A stretch of DNA of 64,000 bases from Macrostomum lignano (taxonomy: Eukaryota). The notes under the pieces are model-generated. The model worked only from the letters and a program-made list of their open reading frames with translations, made no database searches and had not been told where the DNA came from. Shown here in pieces: positions 48,078 to 59,182 of the stretch (the first letter of the stretch is position 1; the number at the start of each line of letters is the position of its first letter). The DNA is taken from the NCBI GenBank assembly GCA_002269645.1, contig NIVC01002874.1, forward strand, positions 8,432 through 72,431, given 5' to 3'. Made by a program: the position numbers and the translations under genes.

Positions 48078-50765
48078 TAATGGTGTCTTATCCCCAATAT
48101 GAGACTGCATGGGATTTTAGTGTGTCTCATCCCCAATATGAGACTGCATGGGATTTTAGTGTGTCTCATATGATATGAGACAGCATGGGATTTTAGTGGT
48201 GTCTCGATCATCCCCAATATGAGACTGCATGGGATTTTAGTGTGTCTCATCCCCAATATGAGACTGCATGGGATTTTAGTGTGTCTCATATGATATGAGA
48301 CAGCATGGGATTTTAGTGGTGTCTCGATCATCCCCAATATGAGACTGCATGGGATTTTAGTGGTGTCTCGATCATCCCCAATATGAGACTGCATGGGATT
48401 TTAGCGGTGTCTCATCCCCAATATGAGACTGCATGGGATTTTAGTGGTGTCTCGATCATCCCCAATATGAGACTGCATGGGATTTTAGTGGTGTCTCGAT
48501 CATCCCCAATATGAGACTGCATGGGATTTTAGTGGTGTCTCGATCATCCCCAATATGAGACTGCATGGGATTTTAGTGGGGGTGTCTCGATCATCCCCAA
48601 TATGAGACTGCATGGGATTTTAGTGTGTCTCATATGATATGAGACAGCATGGGATTTTAGTGGTGTCTCGATCATCCCCAATATAAGACTGCATGGGATT
48701 TTAGTGGTGTCTCGATCATCCCCAATATGAGACTGCATGGGATTTTAGTGTGTCTCATATGATATGAGACTGCATGGGATTTTAGCGGTGTCTCATCCCC
48801 AATATGAGACTGCATGGGATTTTAGCGGTGTCTCATCCCCAATATGAGACAGCATGGGATTTTAGTGGTGTCTCGATCATCCCCAAATGAGACTGCATGG
48901 GATTTTAGTGGTGTCTCGATCATCCCCAATATGAGACTGCATGGGATTTTAGTGGGGGTGTCTCGATCATCCCCAATATGAGACTGCATGGGATTTTAGT
49001 GGTGTCTCGATCATCCCCAATATGACTCTGCATGGGATTTTAGCGGTGTCTCATCCCCAATATGAGACTGCATGGGATTTTAGTGGTGTCTCGATCATCC
49101 CCAATATGAGACTGCATGGGATTTTAGTGGTGTCTCGATCATCCCCAATATGAGACTGCATGGGATTTTAGTGGTGTCTCGATCATCCCCAATATGAGAC
49201 TGCATGGGATTTTAGTGTGTCTCATCCCCAATATGAGACTGCATGGGATTTAAGTGTGTCTCATCCCCAATATGAGACTGCATGGGATTTTAGTGGTGTC
49301 TCGATCATCCCCAATATGAGACTGCATGGGATTTTAGTGTGTCTCATATGATATGAGACAGCATGGGATTTTAGTGGTGTCTCGATCATCCCCAATATGA
49401 GACTGCATGGGATTTTAGTGGTGTCTCGATCATCCCCAATATGAGACTGCATGGGATTTTAGTGGTGTCTCGATCATCCCCAATATGAGACTGCATGGGA
49501 TTTTAGTGGTGTCTCGATCATCCCCAACATGAGACTGCATGGGATTTTAGCAGTGTCTCATCCCCAATATGAGACAGCATGGGATTTTAGTGGTGTCTCG
49601 ATCATCCCCAATATGAGACTGCATGGGATTTTAGTGGTGTCTCATCCCCAATATGAGACTGAATGGGATTTTAGTGGTGTCTCATCCCCAATATGAGACT
49701 GCATGGGATTTTAGCGGTGTCTCATCCCCAATATGAGACAGCATGGGATTTTAGCGGTGTCTCGATCATCCCCAATATGAGACTGCATGGGATTTTAGTG
49801 GTGTCTCATCCCCAATATGAGACTGCATGGGATTTTAGTGGTGTCTCGATCATCCCCAATATGAGACTGCATGGGATTTTAGTGGTGTCTCGATCATCCC
49901 CAATATGAGACTGCATGGGATTTTAGCGGTGTCTCATCCCCAATATGAGACAGCATGGGATTTTAGTGGTGTCTCGATCATCCCCAATATGAGACTGCAT
50001 GGGATTTTAGTAGTGTCTCATCCCCAATATGAGACTGCATGGGATTTTAGTGGTGTCTCGATCATCCCCAATATGAGACTGCATGGGATTTTAGTGGTGT
50101 CTCATCCCCAATATGAGACTGCATGGGATTTTAGCGGTGTCTCGATCATCCCCAATATGAGACTGCATGGGATTTTAGTGGTGTCTCATCCCCAATATGA
50201 GACTGCATGGGATTTTAGCGGTGTCTCATCCCCAACATGAGACTGCATGGGATTTTAGTGGTGTCTCGATCATCCCCAATATGAGACTGCATGGGATTTC
50301 AGTGGTGTCTCGATCATCCCCAATATGAGACTGCATGGGATTTTAGCGGTGTCTCATCCCCAATATGAGACTGCAAGGGATTTCAGCGGTGTCTCGATCA
50401 TCCCCAATATGAGACTGCATGGGATTTTAGTGGTGTCTCATCCCCAATATGAGACTGCATGGGATTTTAGCGGTGTCTCATCCCCAATATGAGACTGCAA
50501 GGGATTTTAGTGGTGTCTCGATCATCCCCAATATGAGACTGCATGGGATTTTAGCGGTGTCTCATCCCCAATATGAGACTGCAAGGGATTTTAGCGGTGT
50601 CTCGATCATCCCCAATATGAGACTGCAAGGGATTTCAGCGGTGTCTCATCCCCAACATGAGACTGCATGGGATTTTAGTGGTGTCTCATCCCCAATATGA
50701 GACTGCATGGGATTTTAGTGGTGTCTCATCCCCAATATGAGACTGCATGGGATTTTAGTGGTGTT
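48078..50765 (+). repeat. 40/44-bp satellite (CCCCAATATGAGACTGCATGGGATTTTAGTGGTGTCTC[GAT]CAT)
   Basis: Direct tandem repetition with recurring variants; no unique spacers. Confidence 0.97.
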
Positions 50766-51305
50766 AGTACGAGACTAGGATTTCAGGCATTTGAATACCC
50801 AGCAGTGCAGTTTATAAATCAGAAAAGTTCTCTCAAAACATTCGTTTTCCAGTTTTATTGTATTTTGTCATTGCAGCGAATCCAGAGCTGCAGCCACACG
50901 CATGCGGGTAGCCCAGAATCTGGACGGGAAATTCAGTTGCACAGGAAGAGAGGAAAACTTGATACAGAGAAATCCAATTCCATGCATTGAGAGAAGTTTC
51001 GGTATGCTTGAAAATAAAAGGCATATACACATATGTATACTTTGTTTAAACATTATTTTATCCTGGTTGTAGTCCAATATGCAGGAGATACACTTTATAG
51101 CTTAAATATCACATACCTCAGATAGAGACTCACTTTTAGTGTATGGGACTGCGTACCGTAATGCATTAAATGATTTTTAGGGAACTACCGCAGGCTCGAG
51201 ACACTATACATGTAATATAATACCAACCCTGGAGATCCAGGCCCCGCGAATCGAATCGTATGTACGCAACTGGCTGAGCCAAATCAAATGGCACCCCGAT
51301 ACCGA

Positions 51306-51791
51306 ATGCTATTAACGGTTCAAGTTGAAGACTTCATTTTGCTCGGCCTCGCCTGCCAGTTCGTGGAGCCGCCTGCCGCCACCAAGTCGGCTGGCTACTG
51401 GACTCCGGCTGAGCTCACGAGAACCTGGACCGACACGTACTGCTGCTGCGATGAGCTGCAGCCAGTGGCCTCGCTGCAGGCCTGCCTGGTCAGAGCTTCC
51501 CTGTGTGGCAGCAGGTGCCGCAGCGCTCTGTACAACAGCCGGCTGGCCGCCTGCCGCCTGCTGCAGTTCGCCGACATCGAGAGCAGCCCGAACTGGGTCA
51601 AGTTGGTTCAGGGGCTGAGTGGGTCAAGCTGGTCAGGGTCTGAGTGGGTCAAGTTGGTTCAGGGGCTGAGTGGGTCAAGCTGGTCGGGGGCAGAGTTTTG
51701 TAAGAAAAGCGTTGCTAAAATTTCTGCTTCTCAAGCAATTATGGTTGCTGCAGGACATGAACATTGCACCATGTTTAATATATATTTCTAA
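51306..51791 (+). CDS. Small PAN/apple-like domain protein or exon whose 3' end runs into a 25-bp repeat
   Basis: SLQACLVRASLCGSRCRSALYNSRLAACRL fits the PAN pattern C-x-C..S..YN....C; hydrophobic N-terminal stretch; possible acceptor CCAG at 51359. Confidence 0.5.
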   Translation: MLLTVQVEDFILLGLACQFVEPPAATKSAGYWTPAELTRTWTDTYCCCDELQPVASLQACLVRASLCGSRCRSALYNSRLAACRLLQFADIESSPNWVKLVQGLSGSSWSGSEWVKLVQGLSGSSWSGAEFCKKSVAKISASQAIMVAAGHEHCTMFNIYF

Positions 51792-52239
51792 CGAATGCGC
51801 GAACGGATATAAATTAGTAGTTGTAAGAAAAACTCTTTAATAAGAAATATACTAGCAGAAATGTGGAAGGCATACATACAATACGGCAATCCAGTTAAGC
51901 TTCGTTGATTGGCTGGCTAACTGATTGCGGAGGTGAGGTGGGTGTATGAAGGGTTTCTTTTCTTTCACTCCATACCCCCGGCCCACCTCACCTTCAAAAT
52001 CTCTCAACCAGCCAATCACGGGTCGTGAAGCAGAGGGGGAGGGGATTTTTCCTTTTGAATAAAAATTATCGCCACTAAAAATTCTCAGTTAAAATACGGT
52101 TTGTAATTTCTGGTAAATAATTGTAAACTTAACTGTGTAAAAAATCGCAATAACCTATAAAATATTAATGCATAAAAATTGTTAATCAAAACTTTTTAAT
52201 GCTTGAAAAAATTTCTCCATAGGTGGCCGAAAGAAAAAA

Positions 52240-52988
52240 TTACACAAAAAAGTCTTCGAAGAAAGGTTCATATTCTTCTTCCTGACAAACTGCGCAAACT
52301 TTGGACCTCGTGACCGGGTCTAGCTGTTTATATGCCTCTAGAGAAGTTATTTTATGCAAGTGGAATGTGAAACTGCAGGCGACAACTTCGCAAAAAATTA
52401 GAAACTCGACTTCATCAATACGCATTTCAATTGCCTGCCTTAAGTAGTACAGGAGGGACTCCATGTCTTGCTTTAAAGATGGATGCTTGAGATCCTGATG
52501 AAATCGCTGGCACTCGGACCGAATAAATTTCACCACCTTAGCCAGTGGAGAGACCATCTGGTACTCCTTGAAGAAAGCCATTGCCGGCATAACATTGCTG
52601 CTATTAAAAGCAACAGTCTCATTAGAAAACTCCGCAGAGAATGTAGACAGAAATTTAACTACAAAGCGAACTGTGGAAGCCAACTTGCCAGGCAATTCAA
52701 TGCGAGCTTCGGCCGCCTCTTTGAAGTTGGAATTCTTGTTGAGCATCACTCGGAACACCGGAGAGTGTACGCACAGGACATAAGAGTTGGTCAATATCTC
52801 AACTTTAGGACCCGCTGTATCCGGAATGCCATCACCATCAGGCTCATCATCATAATCAACGAGCAGAACAACAGGTCCGCATGTCAGCTTAGCCATATCC
52901 TTGACTCCTCCTTGGCATCCGAAACAGACTGGGGCGGTTTGTAATAGCGCCACGCCCAATAGGGAAATTCGAACGGTATTAAAGACAT
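52240..52988 (-). CDS. BTB/POZ-domain protein, copy 1. The conserved ATG at 52988 is frameshifted, so the BTB frame opens only from ATG 52896; possible pseudogene
   Basis: VVLLV...SYVLCVHSPVFRVML...FKEAAEARIELPGK...VVKFL is the BTB signature; nearly identical to copy 2 over the domain. Confidence 0.75.
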
Positions 52989-53154
52989 CTTTTACGGTGA
53001 TAAGATTAAATACTGCAACAGGAGAGACGTATATTTCAGTTCTAGATAATATAGAACAAGGGGATGAGACACCACTAAACTCCCATGCAGTGGTGTCTCA
53101 TCGCCAATATGTGACTAGAATTTTATTGGTGTCTTATCCCCACAAAGTACAAAG

Positions 53155-54625
53155 TATGACACACCGCTAAAATCCTAGTCTTATAATGAGGATGAGACTG
53201 TTGAGACACCGCTAAAATCCTAGTCTTATAATGGGGATGAGACACCACTAAAATCCTAGTCTTATATTGGGGATGAGACACCACTAAAATCCTAGTCTTA
53301 TATTGAGGATGAGACACCACTAAAATCCTAGTCTTATATTGGGGATGAGACACCACTAAAATCCTAGTCTTATATTGAGGATGAGACACCACTAAAATCC
53401 TAGTCTTATATTGGGGATGAGACACCACTAAAATCCTAGTCTTATATTGGGGATGAGACACCACTAAAATCCTAGTCTTATATTGGGGATGAGACACCAC
53501 TAAAATCCTAGTCTTATATTGAGGATGAGACACCACTAAAATCCTAGTCTTATATTGAGGATGAGACACCACTAAAATCCTAGTCTTATATTGGGGATGA
53601 GACACCACTAAAATCCTAGTCTTATAATGAGGATGAGACACCACTAAAATCCTAGTCTTATATTGAGGATGAGACACCACTAAAATCCTAGTCTTATATT
53701 GGGGATGAGACACCACTAAAATCCTAGTCTTATATTGAGGATGAGACACCACTAAAATCCTAGTCTTATATTGGGGATGAGACACCACTAAAATCCTAGT
53801 CTTATATTGAGGATGAGACACCACTAAAATCCTAGTCTTATATTGGGGATGAGACACCACTAAAATCCTAGTCTTATAATGGGGATGAGACACCACTAAA
53901 ATCCTAGTCTTATATTGGGGATGAGACACCACTAAAATCCTAGTCTTATATTGAGGATGAGACACCACTAAAATCCTAGTCTTATATTGAGGATGAGACA
54001 CCACTAAAATCCTAGTCTTATATTGGGGATGAGACACCACTAAAATCCTAGTCTTATATTGAGGATGAGACACCACTAAAATCCTAGTCTTATATTGAGG
54101 ATGAGACACCACTAAAATCCTAGTCTTATAATGAGGATGAGACACCACTAAAATCCTAGTCTTATATTGGGGATGAGACACCACTAAAATCCTAGTCTTA
54201 TAATGAGGATGAGACACCACTAAAATCCTAGTCTTATATTGGGGATGAGACACCACTAAAATCCTAGTCTTATATTGAGGATGAGACACCACTAAAATCC
54301 TAGTCTTATATTGGGGATGAGACACCACTAAAATCCTAGTCTTATATTGAGGATGAGACACCACTAAAATCCTAGTCTTATAATGGGGATGAGACACCAC
54401 TAAAATCCTAGTCTTATATTGAGGATGAGACACCACTAAAATCCTAGTCTTATAATGGGGATGAGACACCACTAAAATCCTAGTCTTATATTGAGGATGA
54501 GACACCACTAAAATCCTAGTCTTATAATGAGGATGAGACACCACTAAAATCCTAGTCTTATATTGGGGATGAGACACCACTAAAATCCTAGTCTTATATT
54601 GGGGATGAGACACCACTAAAATCCC
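53155..54625 (-). repeat. 36-bp satellite (GAGACACCACTAAAATCCTAGTCTTATATTGRGGAT), a deletion derivative of the 40-bp satellite in opposite orientation to 48078-50765
   Basis: Direct tandem repetition; 12-codon period gives the spurious 497-aa ORF. Confidence 0.97.
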
Positions 54626-54661
54626 TTACAGTTCATAATGAGGATGAGACAGGGGATAGGA

Positions 54662-55080
54662 CAGCTGAGTGGGTCAAGTTGGTCAGGAGCTGATGGGTCA
54701 AGCTGGTCAGGAGCTGAGTGGGTCAAGCTGGTCAGGGTCTGAGTGGGTCAAGCTGGTCAGGAGCTGAGTGGGTCAAGCTGGTCAGGAGCTGAGTGGGTCA
54801 AGCTGGTCAGGAGCTGAGTGGGTCAAGCTGGTCAGGAGCTGGGTGGGTCGAGCTGGTCAGGAGCTGAGTGGGTCAAGCTGGTCAGGGTCTGAGTGGGTCA
54901 AGCTGGTCAGGAGCTGAGTGGGTCAAGCTGGTCAGGGTCTGAGTGGGTCAAGCTGGTCAGGAGCTGAGTGGGTCAAGTTGGTTAGGGTCTGGGTGGGTCG
55001 AGCTGGTCAGGAGCTGAGTGGGTCAAGTTGGTTAGGGTCTGGGTGGGTCGAGCTGGTCAGGAGCTGAGTGGGTCAATATA
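54662..55080. repeat. 25-bp minisatellite (TGGGTCAAGCTGGTCAGGAGCTGAG), about 16 copies; about 4 copies at the paralogous site 51594-51690
   Basis: Direct tandem repetition. Confidence 0.93.
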
Positions 55081-55857
55081 GTCAGGGCAGAGTTTTTGTC
55101 ACAAAAGAGTTGCTAAAAACTCTGCTTTTGAAGCAATTATGTTCACTGTAAGACTTGAGCATTGCCAAGTTGAATATATTTTTGTACTAACGGATATAAA
55201 TCTCAGTTGGAAGAAAAACCTTTAGTAAGAAATAAAGAAGCAGAAATATACAATTATCCAGCTTAAGATAAAAACAGCTTTGCTTCGTCAGTCATCACAA
55301 TATAAAAATAATACCTAATATGCTTGATCATTGTCCTTGTGTGTTTCTCAAAATGTAAAGTTGTACATTTTAAAACGTACAGAATACTCGCTAGAATATC
55401 TTGAAAAAATTGGCCAAGCGTTACTTTATGCTCCGCCACCTCCCTGATTGGCTGGCTAATTGATTGCGGAGGTGAGGTGGATGCAGGAGGGGTTTCGTAT
55501 CTCTCACTCTATACGCCCACCCCACCTCCCAATCAGTCAACCAGCCAATCGCAGGTCATGAGGCAGATGGGTCAGCTTTCTACTAATTTGAATAAAAATT
55601 CTCGGCAATACAAGCCGTAAAAACTCTCAGAACAATGCGAGCACAAAAAAATCAATAAAATAGTTCTAAGCTTGTAATATCGGGTTAACTTTATAAATAC
55701 AGGATAAAGACGGAAAATTTTCGTTAAAAAATCGCACAAAATCAAAGAAAATTTTGAGCATAAAATACATAGAAAATGGCAAATTGAAGGTTTTTAATCT
55801 TTGAAAAAAATTGTCCATAGTTATAGTCAAAGTTTTCAAGGAAAGGTCATTCATTCT

Positions 55858-56637
55858 CTAGGGCAAGTTTTTCTGACAAACTGCGCAAACTTTGGACTTC
55901 GTGATCGGATCCAGCCGTTTATAAGCTCCTAGCGAAGTTACTTTTTCCACGCTGTTAAGCATATTTGAAGAACTGAAGCCGACTCTAATTTCGCAAAGAA
56001 TCAGACACTCGACTTCATCAATACGCATCTCAGCCGCCTGTCTCAAGTAGTGCAGGAGGGACTCCAGGATTGGCGTTACAGACTGATGATTGAGATAGTT
56101 ATGAAATCGCTGGCACTCGGACCGAATAAATTTAACCGCCTTCGCCAGTGGAGAGACCATCTGGTACTCCTTGAAGAAAGCCATTGCCGGCATAACATTG
56201 CTGCTATTAAAAGCAACAGTCTCATTAGAAAACTCCGCAAAGAATGTAGACAGAAATTTAACTACAAAGCGAACTGTGGAAGCCAACTTGCCAGGCAATT
56301 CAATGCGAGCTTCGGCCGCCTCTTTAAAGTTCGCACTCTTGTTGAGCATAGCTCGGAACACCGGAGAGTGTACGCATAGGACATAAGAGTTGGTTGCTAT
56401 CTCAGTGTTTTTAGGAATGACTCTATCCGGAATAGGAGTACCATCAGCTATAGCACCATCATCATCCTCCTCCATATAATCAGACAAATTATACTCATAA
56501 TCAACGAGCAGAACAACAGGTCCGCATGTCAGCTTAGCCATCTCCTCCTTGACTCTCTGTTCAGCATCCGAAACAGACTGGGGCGGTGAGACATTGCGCC
56601 ACGCCCAATAAGGAAACTCGAACGGTGTTAAAGACAT
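55858..56637 (-). CDS. BTB/POZ-domain protein, copy 2 (259 aa, intact from MSLTPFEF)
   Basis: Same BTB signature; ATG at 56637 is conserved with copy 1 and lies just after a putative acceptor; the ORF-finder extension to 56754 lies in satellite. Confidence 0.82.
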   Translation of the reverse strand: MSLTPFEFPYWAWRNVSPPQSVSDAEQRVKEEMAKLTCGPVVLLVDYEYNLSDYMEEDDDGAIADGTPIPDRVIPKNTEIATNSYVLCVHSPVFRAMLNKSANFKEAAEARIELPGKLASTVRFVVKFLSTFFAEFSNETVAFNSSNVMPAMAFFKEYQMVSPLAKAVKFIRSECQRFHNYLNHQSVTPILESLLHYLRQAAEMRIDEVECLILCEIRVGFSSSNMLNSVEKVTSLGAYKRLDPITKSKVCAVCQKNLP

Positions 56638-56719
56638 CTTTTGCGGCGGCTGCGCGTTCAGATTAAATCCTGCGACAGAAGAAAAGTATATTTCAGTTTT
56701 AGATAATATAGAACACGGG

Positions 56720-57685
56720 GATTGAGACACCACTAAAATCCCATGCAGTCTCATATTGGGGATGAGACACCGCTAAAATCCCATGCAGTCTCATATTGGG
56801 GATGAGACACCACTAAAATCCCATGCAGTCTCATATTGGGGATGAGACACCACTAAAATCCCATGCAGTCTCATATTGGGGATCAGACACCACTAAATTC
56901 CCATGCAGTCTCATATTGGGGATGAGACACCACTAAAATCCCATGCAGTATCATATTGGGGATCAGACACCACTAAAAGCCCATGCAGTCTCATGTTGGG
57001 GATGAGACACCACTAAAATCCCATGCAGTCTCATATTGGGGATGAGACACCACTAAAATCCCATGCAGTCTCATATTGGGGATGAGACACCACTAAAATC
57101 CCATGCAGTCTCATATTGGGGATGAGACACCACTAAAATCCCATGCAGTCTCATATTGGGGATGAGACACCACTAAAATCCCATGCAGTCTCATATTGGG
57201 GATGAGACACCACTAAAATCCCATGCAGTCTCATGTTTGGGATGAGACACCACTAAAATCCCATGCAGTCTCATATTGGGGATGAGACACCTCTAAAAGC
57301 CCATGCAGTCTCATGTTGGGGATGAGACACCACTAAAATCCCATGCAGTCTCATTTTGGGGATGAGACACCACTAAAATCCCATGCAGTCTCATATTGGG
57401 GATGAGACACCTCTAAAATCCCAGTTTAATATTGGGGATAAAAACACCGCTAAAATCCCAGTTTAATATTGGGGATAAAAACACCGCTAAAATCCCAGTT
57501 TAATATTGGGGATAAAAACACCGCTAAAATCCCAGTTCAATATTGGGAATAAAAACACCGCTAAAATCCCAGTTTAATATTGGGGATAAAAACACCGCTA
57601 AAATCCCAGTTTGATATTGGGGATAAAAACACTGCTAAAATCCCAGTTTGATATTGGGGATAAAAAACACCACTAAAATCCCAAT
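56720..57685 (-). repeat. 40-bp satellite (reverse orientation) grading into a ~37-bp variant at 57420-57685
   Basis: Direct tandem repetition. Confidence 0.96.
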
Positions 57686-58297
57686 TAATGTGTCCGCGGA
57701 ACCGAACCAGGGGTCACGACGCGGGAATCACTTCATTTACTACATATTAGCATGCAGTGAGCGATGAAAGCTCCAAAAAAGTAATACTATTTACAAGGTA
57801 CTTCGTGTCTTCAAATGTGACAGATTTGGTAACGAGGTCACTTGAATTACCAAATAGGGGCAGTATATTTGCTATATGGCTATTGCTAGTATCATTCATG
57901 CACATATAAAATTACAAGCTATAAACTACACAGCAATAATATTAATAGTATTTACAACGGAGCTAAGCTTAGTATAAATATATTTTAGCACCAGTGCAAA
58001 GCAAAACAAAGCCACAGGAAAGCTGGCCAAATGCCAAATGCGGTAAAAACAATAGCTGATAAAATTGAGCATGGGAATGCAGTAAACTAAGCACAATAAT
58101 TTAAAATAAAAAACTACTATTTAAAAAACAGCTGTGGCTCTTGCACGCGAATGCAAATGCAAACGTTTAATAAATAATTACCGTTAAAAAATGCATGATG
58201 ATCAATGCTTTATCACTAAGTATTTACAATAGTTAGAATAATATTATACATGTATCGTACAATGACTGTTCACATTTGAGAAATACTTCGCAAATTG

Positions 58298-58314
58298 TAG
58301 ACAGACAGACAGAC

Positions 58315-58358
<44 letters not shown>

Positions 58359-58371
58359 CACTAAGACAGGC

Positions 58372-58432
<61 letters not shown>

Positions 58433-58443
58433 CTAAGACAGGC

Positions 58444-58476
<33 letters not shown>

Positions 58477-58615
58477 CTAAGACAGGCAGACAGACAGACA
58501 GACAGACAGGCAGACAGACAGACACTAAGACAGGTAGACAGACAGACAGACAGACACTAAGACAGGCAGACAGACAGACAGCTAGACAGACAGACAGACA
58601 GACACTAAGATAGGC

Positions 58616-58680
<65 letters not shown>

Positions 58681-58718
58681 CTAAGACAGACTGACAGACA
58701 GACAGACACTAAGACAGG

Positions 58719-58750
<32 letters not shown>

Positions 58751-58871
58751 AAGACACTAAGACAGGCAGACAGACAGACACTAAGACAGGTAGACAGACA
58801 GACAGACAGACACTAAGACAGGCAGACAGACAGACAGCTAGACAGACAGACAGACAGACACTAAGATAGGC

Positions 58872-58908
<37 letters not shown>

Positions 58909-58911
58909 CTA

Positions 58912-58996
<85 letters not shown>

Positions 58997-58997
58997 G
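58298..58997. repeat. (GACA)n microsatellite punctuated by CTAAGACAGG
   Basis: Direct observation. Confidence 0.98.
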
Positions 58998-59182
58998 GCA
59001 AGATGAAATTGGAAGCTAATTACGCAGCCATGACCCACAGAGACGCGCAGCCGTAAGCGCCCAGTCAGCAGGTCAGTAACAATAATAATATTTATAAAAT
59101 CGAATAAAAAAATGCGACACAACAATGCAAAACAAGATTTACTAAGCCAGGCAACTATCATAAAAGCCAGTTAGGCCAGTGA

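Noticed and set aside
48078-50765. CRISPR-like regular 36-44-bp periodicity
   Set aside because: Monomers are contiguous with no unique spacers, no cas genes are present, and the context is eukaryotic.
53123-54616. 497-aa ORF of YKTRILVVSHPQ repeats
   Set aside because: The 36-bp satellite has a period divisible by three and lacks stops on one strand; it derives from the 40-bp satellite.
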